Assembly (NCBI GenBank): GCA_003284215.1
Contig: QBVW01000001.1
Span: 150,127 to 214,126, forward strand
Length of the DNA stretch: 64,000 bases
From: SAR86 cluster bacterium AG-313-D11
GTDB taxonomy: Bacteria > Pseudomonadota > Gammaproteobacteria > Magnimaribacterales > D2472
Direction of reading: 5' to 3'
Positions 15,793 through 28,400 of this stretch are shown here, in pieces (the first letter of the stretch is position 1; every line of letters begins with the position of its first letter). A program made the translations under genes and the position numbers. The notes under the pieces were generated by a model. That model was not told where the DNA came from. It saw only the letters and a program-made list of their open reading frames with translations, and did no database searches.

Positions 15793-16539
15793 TTAATATA
15801 TACCTCTTATTGAGCATTCACCTGAACTAATTACTTTGAGCTCTTTTGTTGTTTGTAGCAGCATTTTACCTTCTTCATCAATTCCTTTGAAGATACCTAT
15901 CTCATTATCCTTTTGATTATTTGATACAGCCTCTAATTCAATACCTATGTGCATACATCTTTTTTCCCAAGCGTCTTGCCAGTTCTGATAACCATTCTCT
16001 AAATAATTAATAATTCCTTTCAAAATATTATTAATTAATTTTTCTCGGGGAAGGATATCTGACAGATCACCAATTTCTCCCCACCAAGATTCTTTTTCAG
16101 GCAGGGAATAATTAATTCCAATTCCAACTATGTATTCTACATCTTCTGCCTTAATTTCAGATTCAATTAAAATTCCACATATTTTCTTTTTACTGATCAA
16201 TAAATCATTTGGCCATTTTAGAGCTGCATTAATTTTTTGACCCGAGGCTGAATCCATAGCCTCTGAAATTAAAAGTCCAACGACGAGGCTAAGCGGGGCA
16301 GGGTTTGAGTCTCTAAATTTGACAGTCATATAAATATTTCCTGCATCAGGGCTATACCATTCTTTTCCCTGTCTTCCTCTTCCAGCAGTTTGTTGTTCTG
16401 AAATCACAACAAGGTAATCTTTGGCTAATAGTTTTTCTTTTGCATAAGTGTTAGTTGAATCAACAGTATCTAGGAGATAAGAATCTATTTTCTCCATATT
16501 TAAGCCTTTAAAAACTTCTTTTTGTGTTAATTTGTGCAA
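15793..16539 (-). CDS. birA: Biotin--[acetyl-CoA-carboxylase] ligase, catalytic-only form without N-terminal HTH (248 aa or slightly shorter)
   Basis: DSTNTYAKE, biotin-binding loop QTAGRGRQGKEWYSP, KWPNDL. Only ~20 aa precede the catalytic core. Confidence 0.85.
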   Translation of the reverse strand: MHKLTQKEVFKGLNMEKIDSYLLDTVDSTNTYAKEKLLAKDYLVVISEQQTAGRGRQGKEWYSPDAGNIYMTVKFRDSNPAPLSLVVGLLISEAMDSASGQKINAALKWPNDLLISKKKICGILIESEIKAEDVEYIVGIGINYSLPEKESWWGEIGDLSDILPREKLINNILKGIINYLENGYQNWQDAWEKRCMHIGIELEAVSNNQKDNEIGIFKGIDEEGKMLLQTTKELKVISSGECSIRGIY

Positions 16540-16598
16540 GTTATGAATAATCTAGTTGACTTCATCTCATTCTAGAACAAAAATAGCACCCTTGAAAT

Positions 16599-16683
16599 GG
16601 AGGAGTGGCCGAGTGGTTAAAGGCGGCAGACTGTAAATCTGTTCTCTACGAGTACGTTGGTTCGAATCCAGCCTCCTCCACCA
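16599..16683 (+). tRNA. tRNA-Tyr (anticodon GUA)
   Basis: GGAGGAGTGGCCGAGTGGTTAAAGGCGGCAGACTGTAAATCTGTT...GGTTCGAATCCAGCCTCCTCCACCA; long variable arm; anticodon loop CT-GTA-AA. Confidence 0.95.
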
Positions 16684-16714
16684 TTTTTTAAAAGAATATT
16701 TAGTGCAAAAAAGG

Positions 16715-16743
16715 TTGAGTTTATCAATTTTTAAGGGGATAAT
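16715..16743 (+). promoter_or_regulatory. Possible sigma70 promoter for tRNA-Thr(GGU)-tuf
   Basis: TTGAGT (16715-16720), 17-nt spacer, GATAAT (16738-16743). Confidence 0.4.
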
Positions 16744-16775
16744 ACGCCACCTTAAATTTGGATACTGTAATTCGG

Positions 16776-16850
16776 GCTCATATAGCTCAGCGGTAGAGCA
16801 CTTGCTTGGTAAGTAAGAGGTCACCGGTTCAAGTCCGGTTATGAGCTCCA
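16776..16850 (+). tRNA. tRNA-Thr (anticodon GGU)
   Basis: GCTCATATAGCTCAGCGGTAGAGCACTTGCTTGGTAAGTAAGAGGTCACCGGTTCAAGTCCGGTTATGAGCTCCA; anticodon loop TT-GGT-AA; sits upstream of tuf like E. coli thrT-tufB. Confidence 0.95.
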
Positions 16851-16898
16851 TTTTATAGGTAGATTTTAGAGTTAATTTCATAAAAAGAGAGGCAAGAA

Positions 16899-18089
<1,191 letters not shown>

Positions 18090-18108
18090 TTTAACAATTT
18101 TACAATTT

Positions 18109-18135
18109 TGCCGAGATTAACGCTCGGCATTTTTG
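18109..18135 (+). terminator. Terminator or attenuator after tuf
   Basis: Perfect stem TGCCGAG / CTCGGCA, 7-nt loop, TTTTT. Confidence 0.7.
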
Positions 18136-18156
18136 TCTCTTATAGGAGAAAAATTT

Positions 18157-18232
18157 AGGCCAGTAGCTCAACTGGTAGAGCGACGGTCTCCAAAACCGTA
18201 GGTTGGGGGTTCAAGTCCCTCCTGGCCTGCCA
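18157..18232 (+). tRNA. tRNA-Trp (anticodon CCA)
   Basis: AGGCCAGTAGCTCAACTGGTAGAGCGACGGTCTCCAAAACCGTAGGTTGGGGGTTCAAGTCCCTCCTGGCCTGCCA; anticodon loop CT-CCA-AA. Confidence 0.95.
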
Positions 18233-18256
18233 AGGAGCTGGTTTAAAGATAGAAAT

Positions 18257-18619
18257 ATGGCAAAAGGTAAAGCATCAAACATTGCCGACAAGATCAAATG
18301 GTTATTGTCCATTAGCATCTTTGCCACAGCTATTGTTGGAAATGGCTATTACACAGAAGTTGCATTTATATACAGAGTTTTAGTGGTTGTTGCTCTTTTC
18401 ATCATCGCCCTTATTATTCTTGCAACAACTGTTTTTGGCAAAGGAGCAGTATCATTAATGCGAGAGTCAAGAACTGAAATGAGAAGAGTTGTTTGGCCTA
18501 CAAGAATGGAAACAACTCAAACCTTCATGGTTGTTTTTGGATCTATTATAGTTCTTTGCTTATTTTTTTGGGCATTAGAATCTCTTTTAAGTTGGTTAAC
18601 AAAATTAATTTTAGGATAG
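18257..18619 (+). CDS. secE: Preprotein translocase subunit SecE (120 aa; start moved from 18203 to ATG 18257)
   Basis: Track ORF start overlaps tRNA-Trp; MAKGKASN... begins after it. Three hydrophobic segments; conserved position before nusG. Confidence 0.9.
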   Translation: MAKGKASNIADKIKWLLSISIFATAIVGNGYYTEVAFIYRVLVVVALFIIALIILATTVFGKGAVSLMRESRTEMRRVVWPTRMETTQTFMVVFGSIIVLCLFFWALESLLSWLTKLILG

Positions 18620-18626
18620 TAATACA

Positions 18627-19154
18627 GTGAATTGGTACGTAATCATGGCTTATTCGGGATATGAGCTTAAAGTAAAGGCTGCACTCGAAGAGCGTATTGA
18701 GCTAGCTGGCTTAAAAGATCAATTTGGCGAAATTTTAGTACCGACCGAGTCTGTTGTTGAATTAAAAAGTGGTGCCAAGAAAAAAACAGAGCGTAAATTT
18801 TTCCCTGGTTACATTTTAATTGAAATGGAAATGAACGATGATACCTGGCAGCTTGTCAAACATACTCCTAGAGTAAGTACATTTGTTGGTGGCAAAAAAG
18901 ATAAGCCTGCCCCTATTTCAAAGAGTGACGTAGATAATATTATTAATAGAATTGAAGTTGGCGAGGAAGCTCCAAGACCTAAAACTCTGTTTGAGCCAGG
19001 TGAGGTTATCAGAGTTTGCGATGGTCCATTCAATGATTTTAATGGGATTGTTGAGGAAGTTGACTATGAAAGAAGCAGTGTCAAAGTTTCAGTGCAAATT
19101 CTTGGAAGGTCCACTCCTGTTCAATTAGATTTCATTCAAATAGAGAAAACATAA
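18627..19154 (+). CDS. nusG: Transcription termination/antitermination factor NusG
   Basis: GTG start; W(Y)[17 protein letters not shown]-terminal KOW ([18 protein letters not shown]). Confidence 0.95.
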   Translation: MNWYVIMAYSGYELKVKAALEERIELAGLKDQFGEILVPTESVVELKSGAKKKTERKFFPGYILIEMEMNDDTWQLVKHTPRVSTFVGGKKDKPAPISKSDVDNIINRIEVGEEAPRPKTLFEPGEVIRVCDGPFNDFNGIVEEVDYERSSVKVSVQILGRSTPVQLDFIQIEKT

Positions 19155-19579
19155 TGGCAAAGAAGGTAGCAACAATTTTAAAATTACAAATACCTGCAGG
19201 TGCAGCTAACCCGAGTCCTCCAGTCGGCCCGGCTCTTGGTCAAGCAGCAGTTAACATTATGGATTTCTGTAATGCATTTAATGCAGAAACTCAAAATATG
19301 GAAAAGGGCTTACCACTGCCTGTTGTAATTACTGTTTATGAAGATAAATCCTTTACTTTTGAAGTTAAATCAGCGCCAGCATCAGTTCTTATCAAGAAGG
19401 CTGCAGGAATCAGTAAGGGAAGTGGAGAGCCAAATAGAGAAAAAGTTGGCTCAATTACAAGAGCACAATTAGAAGAAATAGTCACAGCAAAACAAAAGGA
19501 TTTGAATGCAAATGATATGGATCAGGCGGTCAAAATTATTGCGGGCACTGCAAGAAGTATGGGAGTAGAGGTTAAATAA
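19154..19579 (+). CDS. rplK: 50S ribosomal protein L11
   Basis: 141 aa; [17 protein letters not shown] signature; conserved operon position. Confidence 0.97.
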   Translation: MAKKVATILKLQIPAGAANPSPPVGPALGQAAVNIMDFCNAFNAETQNMEKGLPLPVVITVYEDKSFTFEVKSAPASVLIKKAAGISKGSGEPNREKVGSITRAQLEEIVTAKQKDLNANDMDQAVKIIAGTARSMGVEVK

Positions 19580-20274
19580 TGACTAAGCTAACAAAAAAGA
19601 AAAAACAATTGTTAGAGCTTGTAAATCCAGAGAATACTTATTCATTGGAAGAAGCAATGAATATTTTTCAAACTGTTAAATCTAACAAATTTGATGAATC
19701 TGTAGATATCGCCCTCAGATTGGGTATTGATCCAGGTAAATCTGATCAGAATGTCAGAGGCGCTATTACTCTTCCTCATTCTCTAGGCAAGACAGTTACC
19801 GTGGCAGTTTTTGCAGATGGAGATCAAGCAAAAGAGGCTAATGATGCTGGTGCCGATTTTGTTGGAATGGAGGACTTAGCAGAGAAATTTAAAAAAGAAG
19901 AGATTGTTGTTGATGTCGTAATTTCCTCTCAAGCTGCTATGAAGATTGTTGGCCAACTGGGTCAGGTTTTAGGACCAAAAGGCCTCATGCCTAATCCTAA
20001 GACAGGTACAGTGACTGAAAAGGTTGGTGAAGCAATTAATAACGCTAAGTCAGGCCAAGTGAGATTTAGAACAGATAAAAACGGAATATTGCATGGGTGT
20101 ATCGGAAAAGTTTCATTTTCATCCAGTCAAATTCAAGAAAATGCAGCAGCTATGCTTGAAGAAGTAAGAAAGTTAAAGCCAGCTACTGCTAAAGGTGCAT
20201 ATATTCGAAGTGTTGCTTTGAGTAGCACGATGGGACCAGGTGTAAAAGTTACCCCTGCATCCTTAGTTGTATAA
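19579..20274 (+). CDS. rplA: 50S ribosomal protein L1
   Basis: 231 aa; L1 pattern (FDESVDIALRLGIDP...); follows rplK. Confidence 0.96.
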   Translation: MTKLTKKKKQLLELVNPENTYSLEEAMNIFQTVKSNKFDESVDIALRLGIDPGKSDQNVRGAITLPHSLGKTVTVAVFADGDQAKEANDAGADFVGMEDLAEKFKKEEIVVDVVISSQAAMKIVGQLGQVLGPKGLMPNPKTGTVTEKVGEAINNAKSGQVRFRTDKNGILHGCIGKVSFSSSQIQENAAAMLEEVRKLKPATAKGAYIRSVALSSTMGPGVKVTPASLVV

Positions 20275-20426
20275 GTTTTAGGGTCTTTTTTGACTCTAGA
20301 TTGTTGCGTTAATCGCAGCCGTCAAAGACCGTAGGTGCGAAAGCTTAATTTCCTACGTAGGTGGTGTTCAAATTGCGAAGGCGGTTTGTCACCGATTAGC
20401 CGAAAGGCATTAATAGGAGAATTGCT
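20275..20426 (+). promoter_or_regulatory. rplJ (L10) leader region, probable autoregulatory RNA
   Basis: 152-nt untranslated gap in an otherwise gapless operon. Hairpin CGTAGG (20330-20335) / CCTACG (20352-20357). The position equals the L10-leader of Gammaproteobacteria. Structure not modelled. Confidence 0.5.
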
Positions 20427-20957
20427 GTGGCGTTAGCTAGAGAAGATAAAGAGAGAATAGTTCAAGAAGTCAGGGAAGTTTCAGCTTCTGCTTCTTCGCT
20501 TGTTATTTCAGATGCCAGAGGCCTTAAGGTTTCTGAGTTAACTGAGATTAGGAAACAAGGAACAGAATCTGGAGTTCATATCCAGGTAATTAAAAACTCT
20601 CTTGCAAAATTGGCATTTGAAGGCACTGACTTTGGTTGCACCGATGAAGTGTTAACAGGTCCCTCACTTTTTGCTTTCTCATATGCTGAGCCAGGTGCAG
20701 CGGCGAAGATGTTAAAAACTTACGCAAAAAACTTTGAGGCTCTTGAGATCAAAGCTTTGGTTGTGGAAGGGCAACTTCTTGATGGATCACAGATTGATGT
20801 TCTTGCATCTCTGCCATCACGAGAAGAAGCATTAACGTTAATTGCTGCAGTGCTTCAAGCACCCATTGGTAAATTTGCAACACTTCTTAATGAAGTGCCA
20901 AGTAAATTGGCTAGGGTTCTTTCTGCAGTTCGAGACAACAAACAGGCTAACGCCTAA
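20427..20957 (+). CDS. rplJ: 50S ribosomal protein L10
   Basis: 176 aa, GTG start after AGGAG; precedes rplL. Confidence 0.95.
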   Translation: MALAREDKERIVQEVREVSASASSLVISDARGLKVSELTEIRKQGTESGVHIQVIKNSLAKLAFEGTDFGCTDEVLTGPSLFAFSYAEPGAAAKMLKTYAKNFEALEIKALVVEGQLLDGSQIDVLASLPSREEALTLIAAVLQAPIGKFATLLNEVPSKLARVLSAVRDNKQANA

Positions 20958-20972
20958 ATCTAGGAGAAAAAA

Positions 20973-21353
20973 ATGGCAATATCAAAAGACGATATTCTAA
21001 GTGCGATAGAAGAAATGTCCGTCATGGACTTGGTTGAACTTATTTCAGCTATTGAGGAGAAATTCGGTGTTACTGCAGCTGCCGCTGTAGCCGCTGCTCC
21101 TGCTGCAGCTGGTGGTGACGCTGGTGAAGCTGTTGAAGAGAAAGATGACTTTGATGTAGTTTTAACTGCAGCTGGTGATCAAAAAGTTCAAGTTATTAAA
21201 GCTGTCCGTGCTATTACTGGACTTGGATTGAAAGAGGCCAAAGATTTAGTAGATGGCGCTCCTAACACTTTAAAAGAAGCTGTTAAGAAAGCTGATGCTG
21301 AAGAAATGCTTAAGCAACTGACTGAGGCAGGAGCAACAGCAGAGCTTAAATAA
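20973..21353 (+). CDS. rplL: 50S ribosomal protein L7/L12
   Basis: 126 aa; Ala-rich hinge [14 protein letters not shown]; C-terminal [15 protein letters not shown]. Confidence 0.97.
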   Translation: MAISKDDILSAIEEMSVMDLVELISAIEEKFGVTAAAAVAAAPAAAGGDAGEAVEEKDDFDVVLTAAGDQKVQVIKAVRAITGLGLKEAKDLVDGAPNTLKEAVKKADAEEMLKQLTEAGATAELK

Positions 21354-21385
21354 TCTTTCAATAAAACATTTTTAAAGGGCGACAT

Positions 21386-24300
21386 ATGTCATATAGCTAT
21401 ACAGAAAAAAGAAGAATAAGAAAAAACTTCGGAAGACTTCCAAAGGTTATGAAACTTCCGAAATTAATCGAGACTCAACTTGAATCTTACTCACAATTTC
21501 TTCAACAACATGTTGAAGTCAGTGCTCGAGAGAATAAGGGTCTTGAAGAGGTTTTCCAAACTCTTTTTCCTATCACGAGTGTGTCTGGCAATGCTGCCCT
21601 TGAATATGTTTCATATGAACTAGGAAGGCCTGGTTACACAGTTCAAGAATGCTTAATACAAGGCCTTAGTTATTCCGCCCCTCTTAGAATTGTAGTCCGT
21701 CTAGTAATATATGATCGAGACACTAACTTCCAAGAAGTGAAGGATGTAAAAGAAGGCGAAGTTTTCATGGGAGAGGTTCCATTAATGACTGAAAATGGGT
21801 CCTTTGTAATTAACGGTACAGAAAGAGTTGTTGTTAATCAGCTTCATAGATCTCCAGGTGTTTTCTTTGATCATGATAAGGGCAAAACTCACTCATCAGG
21901 TAAGGTCCTATATTCTGCTCGAATCATTCCATACAGAGGTTCATGGTTAGATTTTGAATTTGATCCAAAAGACAATCTATTTTGTCGAATTGACAGAAGA
22001 AGAAAAATACCAGCTACCATAATTTTAAAAGCCATGGATATGGGCACCGAGGAAATCCTTCAGAATTTTTATGAAGTTGATACCGTCCAAATAGAAAAAG
22101 CTGGAATAAGCATTGAATTAATTCCATCAAGATTACGAGGTCAAACATTACCAGTTGATTTAAAAATTAAATCAAAAGTTGTTGTTGAGGCCAATAAGAG
22201 AATTACTGCTAGGCATGTTCGTGAACTTGAGCAAGCAAAAATGACTTCACTAAAGGTTGAGGATGACTTTTTAATCAGTAAAGTCCTCGCGAAAGATCTT
22301 TTCAATCAAGAGACTGGAGAAGTGTTAGTTTCAGCAAATACTGAAATAGATCAATCAGTAATTGAGGCTATAAGGGAAGCAAATATTACTGAGCTTCATA
22401 CCTTGTATATTAATGAGCTTGATAAAGGTCCATATATATCAACAACTCTTAGAGCTGATCCAACTTCAAACAGGCTGGAAGCATTAGTTGAAATATACAG
22501 AATGATGAGGCCTGGTGAGCCGCCAACTAAGGATTCAGCTGAGCAATTGTTCCAAAATCTATTTTTTAATCATGAGCGCTATGATCTTTCTGAAGTTGGC
22601 AGAATGAAATTTAATCGTAGGTTAAAAATAGATACAACAAAAGAGACACCTGGCATTCTGGATCTTGATGACATCCTAGGAGTTATGCAAGGAATTGTGG
22701 CCATAAGAGATGGGCATGACACAGTTGATGATATTGATCACTTAGGCAACAGACGCGTCAGATCGGTTGGAGAAATGACTGCAAATCAATTTAGAGTTGG
22801 TTTAATAAGAGTTGAGAGAGCAGTAAGAGAAAGGCTCAGCATGGCTGAGGCAGACGAGCTTGGCCCACAGGATCTTATTAATGCTAAACCTGTTACCGCT
22901 GCTATCAAAGAATTTTTTGGCTCAAGCCAGCTATCTCAGTTCATGGATCAGAATAATCCTTTATCTGAAATTACTCATAAACGAAGAGTATCAGCGCTAG
23001 GCCCAGGCGGTCTAACAAGAGAACGCGCAGGTTTTGAAGTGAGAGATGTTCATCCAACTCATTATGGAAGATTGTGCCCAATTGAAACTCCTGAAGGACC
23101 TAACATTGGACTGATTAACTCATTTGCATGTTACTCAAGGACTAACGCATTTGGTTTTATCGAGAGTCCATACAGAAAAGTTATTAAAGGAAAAGTGACT
23201 AACGATATTATTTATCTTTCTGCAATTGATGAGGGAGAGCATATTATTGCTCAAGCAAATGCAGTACTTGATAAATCAGGAAAGTTTGCAGACGATCTTG
23301 TGCCAGTTCGACATAATGGTGATTCTGCTTTAATGAGTCCAGAAAGAATTGATTTAATGGATGTTGCTCCTCAGCAGGTTGTTTCAGTCGCGGCTTCATT
23401 AATTCCTTTCCTTGAGCATGATGATGCTAACAGGGCACTAATGGGCTCAAATATGATGCGCCAAGCTGTCCCAGTCCTAAAGCCTGAGAAACCTCTTGTA
23501 GGAACTGGCTTTGAAACAATTGTTGCAGGTGATTCTGGCGTCTGCGTTGTCGCCAAGAATAATGGCATTGTTGAAAATGTTGATGCTGCAAGAATCGTTG
23601 TTCGCGTTACTGATTCCAAGAACTCAAATAATGCTGTTGATATATATAACCTTACTAAGTACACAAGATCTAATCAAAATACTTGTATCAACCAGAGACC
23701 CCTGGTTTCAGTTGGAGATAAAGTTAAATTTGGAGATATCCTTGCTGACGGACCATCTGTAGATAACGGTGAGTTAGCATTAGGTCAAAACATTAGAATT
23801 GCTTTTATGCCATGGAATGGATATAACTTTGAAGATTCTATTTTGATGTCCGAAAAGGTTTCCAGAGAAGATAGATTCACCTCTATTCATATTCAAGAAT
23901 TAACCTGTATTTCAAGAGATACAAAACTCGGTTCTGAGGAGATAACAGCTGATATTCCAAATGTTGGAGAAGGATCCCTTGGAAAGCTTGACGAATGTGG
24001 AATGGTTTATGTAGGAGCTGAAGTTAAGGCTGGAGATATTTTAGTTGGTAAAATTACTCCAAAAGGTGAAACTCAATTATCTCCCGAAGAAAAACTTTTG
24101 CGAGCAATTTTTGGTGAAAAAGCTTCTGATGTAAAAGATACCTCATTGAGAGTGCCATCAAGCATTAACGGTACCGTCATTGGAGTCGAAGTTTTTACCA
24201 GAGATGGAATGGAGAAAGATGAAAGAACTCAATCGATAGAGCTCGATCATTTATCTGTTGCTAAAAAAGACGCTGATGATCAAATTAAAATTATTAACGA

Positions 24301-25456
24301 TGCAACGAGAATCCGTCTTGTAGACATTATTAAGGGCTCCAAGATTTCTAAGGGTCCAGGGCTCAAGAAAGGCTCTACTCCATCGGCTGATGATCTATCA
24401 GAGCTGAGTTTGGACGATCTATTATCAGTTAGAACAGCTGATGACTCCTCAAATACTAAAATCGAAGATGCTGAAAAGGCTTTAAAACAATACCTTAAAG
24501 ATATTCAAGAAAGCTTTGATGAGAAAAAACAAAAGATCACTAGAGGACATGATCTTGCTCCTGGCGTCATCAAAATTGTAAAGGTATATCTTGCAGTTAA
24601 AAGAAGAATTCAGCCCGGAGATAAGATGGCAGGTAGACATGGCAACAAAGGTGTTATCTCCGAGATTATGCCGATTGAGGATATGCCATATGATAATGAT
24701 GGAAACCCTGTCGATATCGTCTTGAATCCTCTTGGTGTTCCCTCTCGAATGAACGTTGGGCAAATTCTTGAGACTCATATGGGATCAGCAGCAAAAGGTA
24801 TAGGAGAAAAAATCAATAAAATGATTAAAGCTAAAGCTAAAGCTGATGAGCTCAAAAAATACCTAGATGTGCTTTACAACAAAAACGCGACAATCAAAGA
24901 AGATCTTAACTCGTTTAATAATGCTGAAATTCTATCTTTAGCAAGCAACTTAACAGAAGGTTTGCCAATTGCCACTCCTGTGTTTGATGGCGCCAAAGAA
25001 TCTGAGATTAAAGAATTATTAAAACTTGCTGATCTTCCTGAGTCCGGTCAATTGACTCTGTTTGACGGAAGGACTGGTAGACAGTTCGAGCGACCTGTAA
25101 CAGTTGGATATATGTATATGATTAAACTCAATCATTTAGTTGATGATAAAATGCATGCTCGTTCAACAGGATCATACAGTCTTGTTACTCAACAGCCTCT
25201 TGGTGGAAAAGCTCAGTTTGGTGGCCAAAGATTTGGTGAAATGGAAGTATGGGCTCTAGAAGCATATGGTGCCTCATATACTCTCCAGGAGATGCTCACA
25301 GTTAAATCTGACGATGTCCCAGGCCGAACTAAAATGTATAAAAATATTGTTGATGGAAACTACGAAATGGATGCAAATATCCCTGAGTCCTTCAACGTTC
25401 TGACAAAAGAAATTCGATCACTTGGAATCAACTTAGAACTTGATTCTGAAAATTAG
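21386..25456 (+). CDS. rpoB: DNA-directed RNA polymerase subunit beta
   Basis: 1356 aa; [16 protein letters not shown]..., [18 protein letters not shown]. Confidence 0.98.
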   Translation: MSYSYTEKRRIRKNFGRLPKVMKLPKLIETQLESYSQFLQQHVEVSARENKGLEEVFQTLFPITSVSGNAALEYVSYELGRPGYTVQECLIQGLSYSAPLRIVVRLVIYDRDTNFQEVKDVKEGEVFMGEVPLMTENGSFVINGTERVVVNQLHRSPGVFFDHDKGKTHSSGKVLYSARIIPYRGSWLDFEFDPKDNLFCRIDRRRKIPATIILKAMDMGTEEILQNFYEVDTVQIEKAGISIELIPSRLRGQTLPVDLKIKSKVVVEANKRITARHVRELEQAKMTSLKVEDDFLISKVLAKDLFNQETGEVLVSANTEIDQSVIEAIREANITELHTLYINELDKGPYISTTLRADPTSNRLEALVEIYRMMRPGEPPTKDSAEQLFQNLFFNHERYDLSEVGRMKFNRRLKIDTTKETPGILDLDDILGVMQGIVAIRDGHDTVDDIDHLGNRRVRSVGEMTANQFRVGLIRVERAVRERLSMAEADELGPQDLINAKPVTAAIKEFFGSSQLSQFMDQNNPLSEITHKRRVSALGPGGLTRERAGFEVRDVHPTHYGRLCPIETPEGPNIGLINSFACYSRTNAFGFIESPYRKVIKGKVTNDIIYLSAIDEGEHIIAQANAVLDKSGKFADDLVPVRHNGDSALMSPERIDLMDVAPQQVVSVAASLIPFLEHDDANRALMGSNMMRQAVPVLKPEKPLVGTGFETIVAGDSGVCVVAKNNGIVENVDAARIVVRVTDSKNSNNAVDIYNLTKYTRSNQNTCINQRPLVSVGDKVKFGDILADGPSVDNGELALGQNIRIAFMPWNGYNFEDSILMSEKVSREDRFTSIHIQELTCISRDTKLGSEEITADIPNVGEGSLGKLDECGMVYVGAEVKAGDILVGKITPKGETQLSPEEKLLRAIFGEKASDVKDTSLRVPSSINGTVIGVEVFTRDGMEKDERTQSIELDHLSVAKKDADDQIKIINDATRIRLVDIIKGSKISKGPGLKKGSTPSADDLSELSLDDLLSVRTADDSSNTKIEDAEKALKQYLKDIQESFDEKKQKITRGHDLAPGVIKIVKVYLAVKRRIQPGDKMAGRHGNKGVISEIMPIEDMPYDNDGNPVDIVLNPLGVPSRMNVGQILETHMGSAAKGIGEKINKMIKAKAKADELKKYLDVLYNKNATIKEDLNSFNNAEILSLASNLTEGLPIATPVFDGAKESEIKELLKLADLPESGQLTLFDGRTGRQFERPVTVGYMYMIKLNHLVDDKMHARSTGSYSLVTQQPLGGKAQFGGQRFGEMEVWALEAYGASYTLQEMLTVKSDDVPGRTKMYKNIVDGNYEMDANIPESFNVLTKEIRSLGINLELDSEN

Positions 25457-25465
25457 GAGAAATAA

Positions 25466-28400
25466 TTGAAAGATTTACTAAATTCATTAAAAGCAAAGCA
25501 AGAAGATTTTTCTTCAATTACAGCTGGGCTTGCTTCTCCACAGATGGTCAGATCTTGGTCATTTGGTGAAGTAAAGAAACCTGAAACTATTAACTATCGT
25601 ACTTTCAAACCAGAAAGAGATGGTCTTTTCTGTGCCAAAATTTTTGGTCCAGTAAAAGACTATGAGTGTGTTTGTGGTAAATACAAACGTATGAAGCATC
25701 GTGGTGTTGTTTGCGAGAAGTGTGGAGTAGAAGTTACATTAGCTAAAGTAAGAAGAGAGCGAATGGGGCACATAGAACTTGCTGCGCCTGTTGCTCATAT
25801 TTGGTTTTTGAAATCTCTTCCTTCAAGAATTGGATTACTGCTTGATATTACACTCAGAGAAATTGAAAGAGTTTTGTATTTTGAAAGTTATATTGTTACT
25901 GATCCTGGTTTAACAGAATTAGAAAAGTGTCAAATTTTAACGGAAGAAGAATTCGTTGAAGCATTTGATGAATATGGCGATGAATTTACAGCCTCTATGG
26001 GTGCAGAAGCCGTTCAAATGCTGTTACAAGAAATTGATTTAGAAGAGGAGATTAGAATCATTCGAGAGGAAGTTCCACAAACTAATTCAGAAACTAAGCT
26101 TAAGAAACTATCCAAAAGATTAAAACTACTTGAAGCATTCAATGAGTCTGGAAATAAACCAGAATGGATGATTATGAATGTGTTGCCAGTATTACCCCCT
26201 GATCTAAGGCCTTTGGTTCCTCTAGAGGGAGGTCGTTTTGCGACCTCAGATCTTAACGATCTTTACAGAAGGGTGATTAATAGAAATAACAGATTGAAGC
26301 GCCTATTAGAGTTAAGTGCTCCAGATATTATTGTCAGAAATGAAAAAAGAATGCTTCAAGAAAGCGTTGATGCCCTTCTTGACAATGGTAGAAGAGGTCG
26401 AGTAATAACTGGAACTAACAAGCGACCATTAAAATCTTTAGCAGATATGATCAAAGGGAAAGGCGGAAGATTTAGACAAAACCTACTTGGTAAGCGTGTT
26501 GATTATTCAGGCAGATCTGTAATTGTTGCAGGTCCTAACCTGAAATTACATCAGTGTGGACTGCCAAAAAAAATGGCACTTGAACTGTTCAAACCTTATG
26601 TTTACGGAAAGCTTGAGCAAAAAGAACTTGCTACTACAATTAAAGCAGCCAAAAAACTAGTTGAACGTGAAACTCCTGAGGTTTGGGAAATTTTAGAAGA
26701 GGTTATTAGAGAACATCCAATTCTACTTAATAGAGCTCCAACCCTTCATAGATTAGGAATTCAAGCGTTTGAACCTCTCCTTGTTGAAGGTAAGGCAATT
26801 CAGCTTCATCCATTGGTCTGTGTTGCTTTTAATGCTGACTTTGATGGAGATCAGATGGCTGTGCATGTTCCTCTCTCTATTGAGGCGCAACTTGAAGCTC
26901 GCGCTCTTATGATGTCAACAAATAATATCTTGTCCCCTGCAAACGGCGAGCCAATTATTAATCCCACACAAGACATTGTCTTGGGTCTTTATTATATGAC
27001 TCGAGATAAAGTTAATGTTAAAGGTGATGGAAGAGTATTTAGCAACCCCGATGAAGTTCTAAGAGCATATGAATCTGAAACCTTGGACATACATGCAAAT
27101 ATCAAAGTTAGAATTACTAATGCTGATAAAGGAACTTTTCTTGAAGATACGACTGTAGGTAGGGTTTTAGTTTGGAGAATCTCGCCAATTGAAGTTGGTT
27201 TCGACAATGTGAACAAAACTTTGGACAAGAAATCTGTTTCAAATCTAATAGATATTTCATACAGAAAAGCTGGGCTGAAGGACACTGTAATTTTTGCAGA
27301 TCAGCTGATGTATCTTGGATTTGAGCATTCAACACGTTCTGGATCTTCTATAGGTGTCGACGATTTTGTTATCCCAGAAGAGAAGCCATCTATTATTGAT
27401 GCAGCTGAAAAAGAAGTAAAAGCAATTGAATCACAGTATGAGTCTGGTCTTGTAACTCAAGGCGAAAGATATAATAAAGTAATCGATATTTGGTCTCGTG
27501 CAAATGAAAAAGTTGCAAAAGCAATGATGACAAAAATTAGCACTGATCAAGTACAAGATACTGAAGGTAAAGAGGTTGATCAAGCCTCATTTAACTCTGT
27601 CTTTATTTATGCAGACTCTGGCGCTAGGGGATCTCCGGCTCAGATAAGACAGCTCTCTGGAATGCGAGGCTTAATGTCTAAGCCAGACGGCTCAATTATT
27701 GAAACACCAATTACTGCAAATTTTAGAGAAGGTTTATCCGTCCTGCAGTACTTTATATCCACTCATGGAGCTCGTAAAGGTCTTGCTGATACAGCCCTTA
27801 AAACTGCTAATTCGGGATACTTAACTAGAAGGCTTTGTGATGTTGCAATGGACTCTGTTGTTGTTGAGGATGATTGTGGTACTGACCAATCAATCATTGT
27901 TTCTTCAATTGTAGAAGGCGGAGATATTATTCAGCCACTTACTGAAAGAATTCTAGGTCGGGTAATTGCTGAGCCAATTTTCAATGGAGATGAAGAAGAG
28001 GTCTATCCTATTGGACATCTTATTGATGAGGATTCAGTGAAGAAAATCGATGAGCTGAACATTTCATCTCTAAAAGTTAGATCGCCAATGACCTGTGAAG
28101 CAAGTTATGGTGTTTGTTCCAAGTGCTATGGAAGAGACTTAGCTAGAGGACACCTAGTTCATCGAGGTGAGGCTGTTGGAGTTGTGGCTGCTCAATCAAT
28201 TGGCGAGCCAGGAACGCAGTTAACCATGCGTACATTCCATATAGGTGGAGCTGCTTCAAGTTCCTCAGAAGATAATGCGATTGTTGTTAATAATGCTGGA
28301 ATGATTAATTTTTCTTCAGATATAAAAACAGTTACTAACAAAGATAAGCAAGAAGTTGTTGTTTCTAGAAATAGCCAGGTTACGTTGACCGATGAAAAGG

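Noticed and set aside
16684-16775. I looked for a tRNA-Gly between tRNA-Tyr and tRNA-Thr(GGU), as in the E. coli tufB cluster.
   Set aside because: There is no acceptor/T-arm pattern. The spacer is AT-rich with a plausible promoter instead.
16567-16881. 104-aa minus-strand ORF in the supplied track.
   Set aside because: It runs antisense straight through tRNA-Tyr and tRNA-Thr(GGU). Its translation reflects tRNA sequence (…LEPVTS…, …RLDSNQRT…). It is an artefact.
18203-18256. Longer SecE start from the ORF track (MGVQVPPGLPRSWFKDRN...).
   Set aside because: It overlaps the 3' end of tRNA-Trp. MAKGKASN... at 18257 is the natural start.
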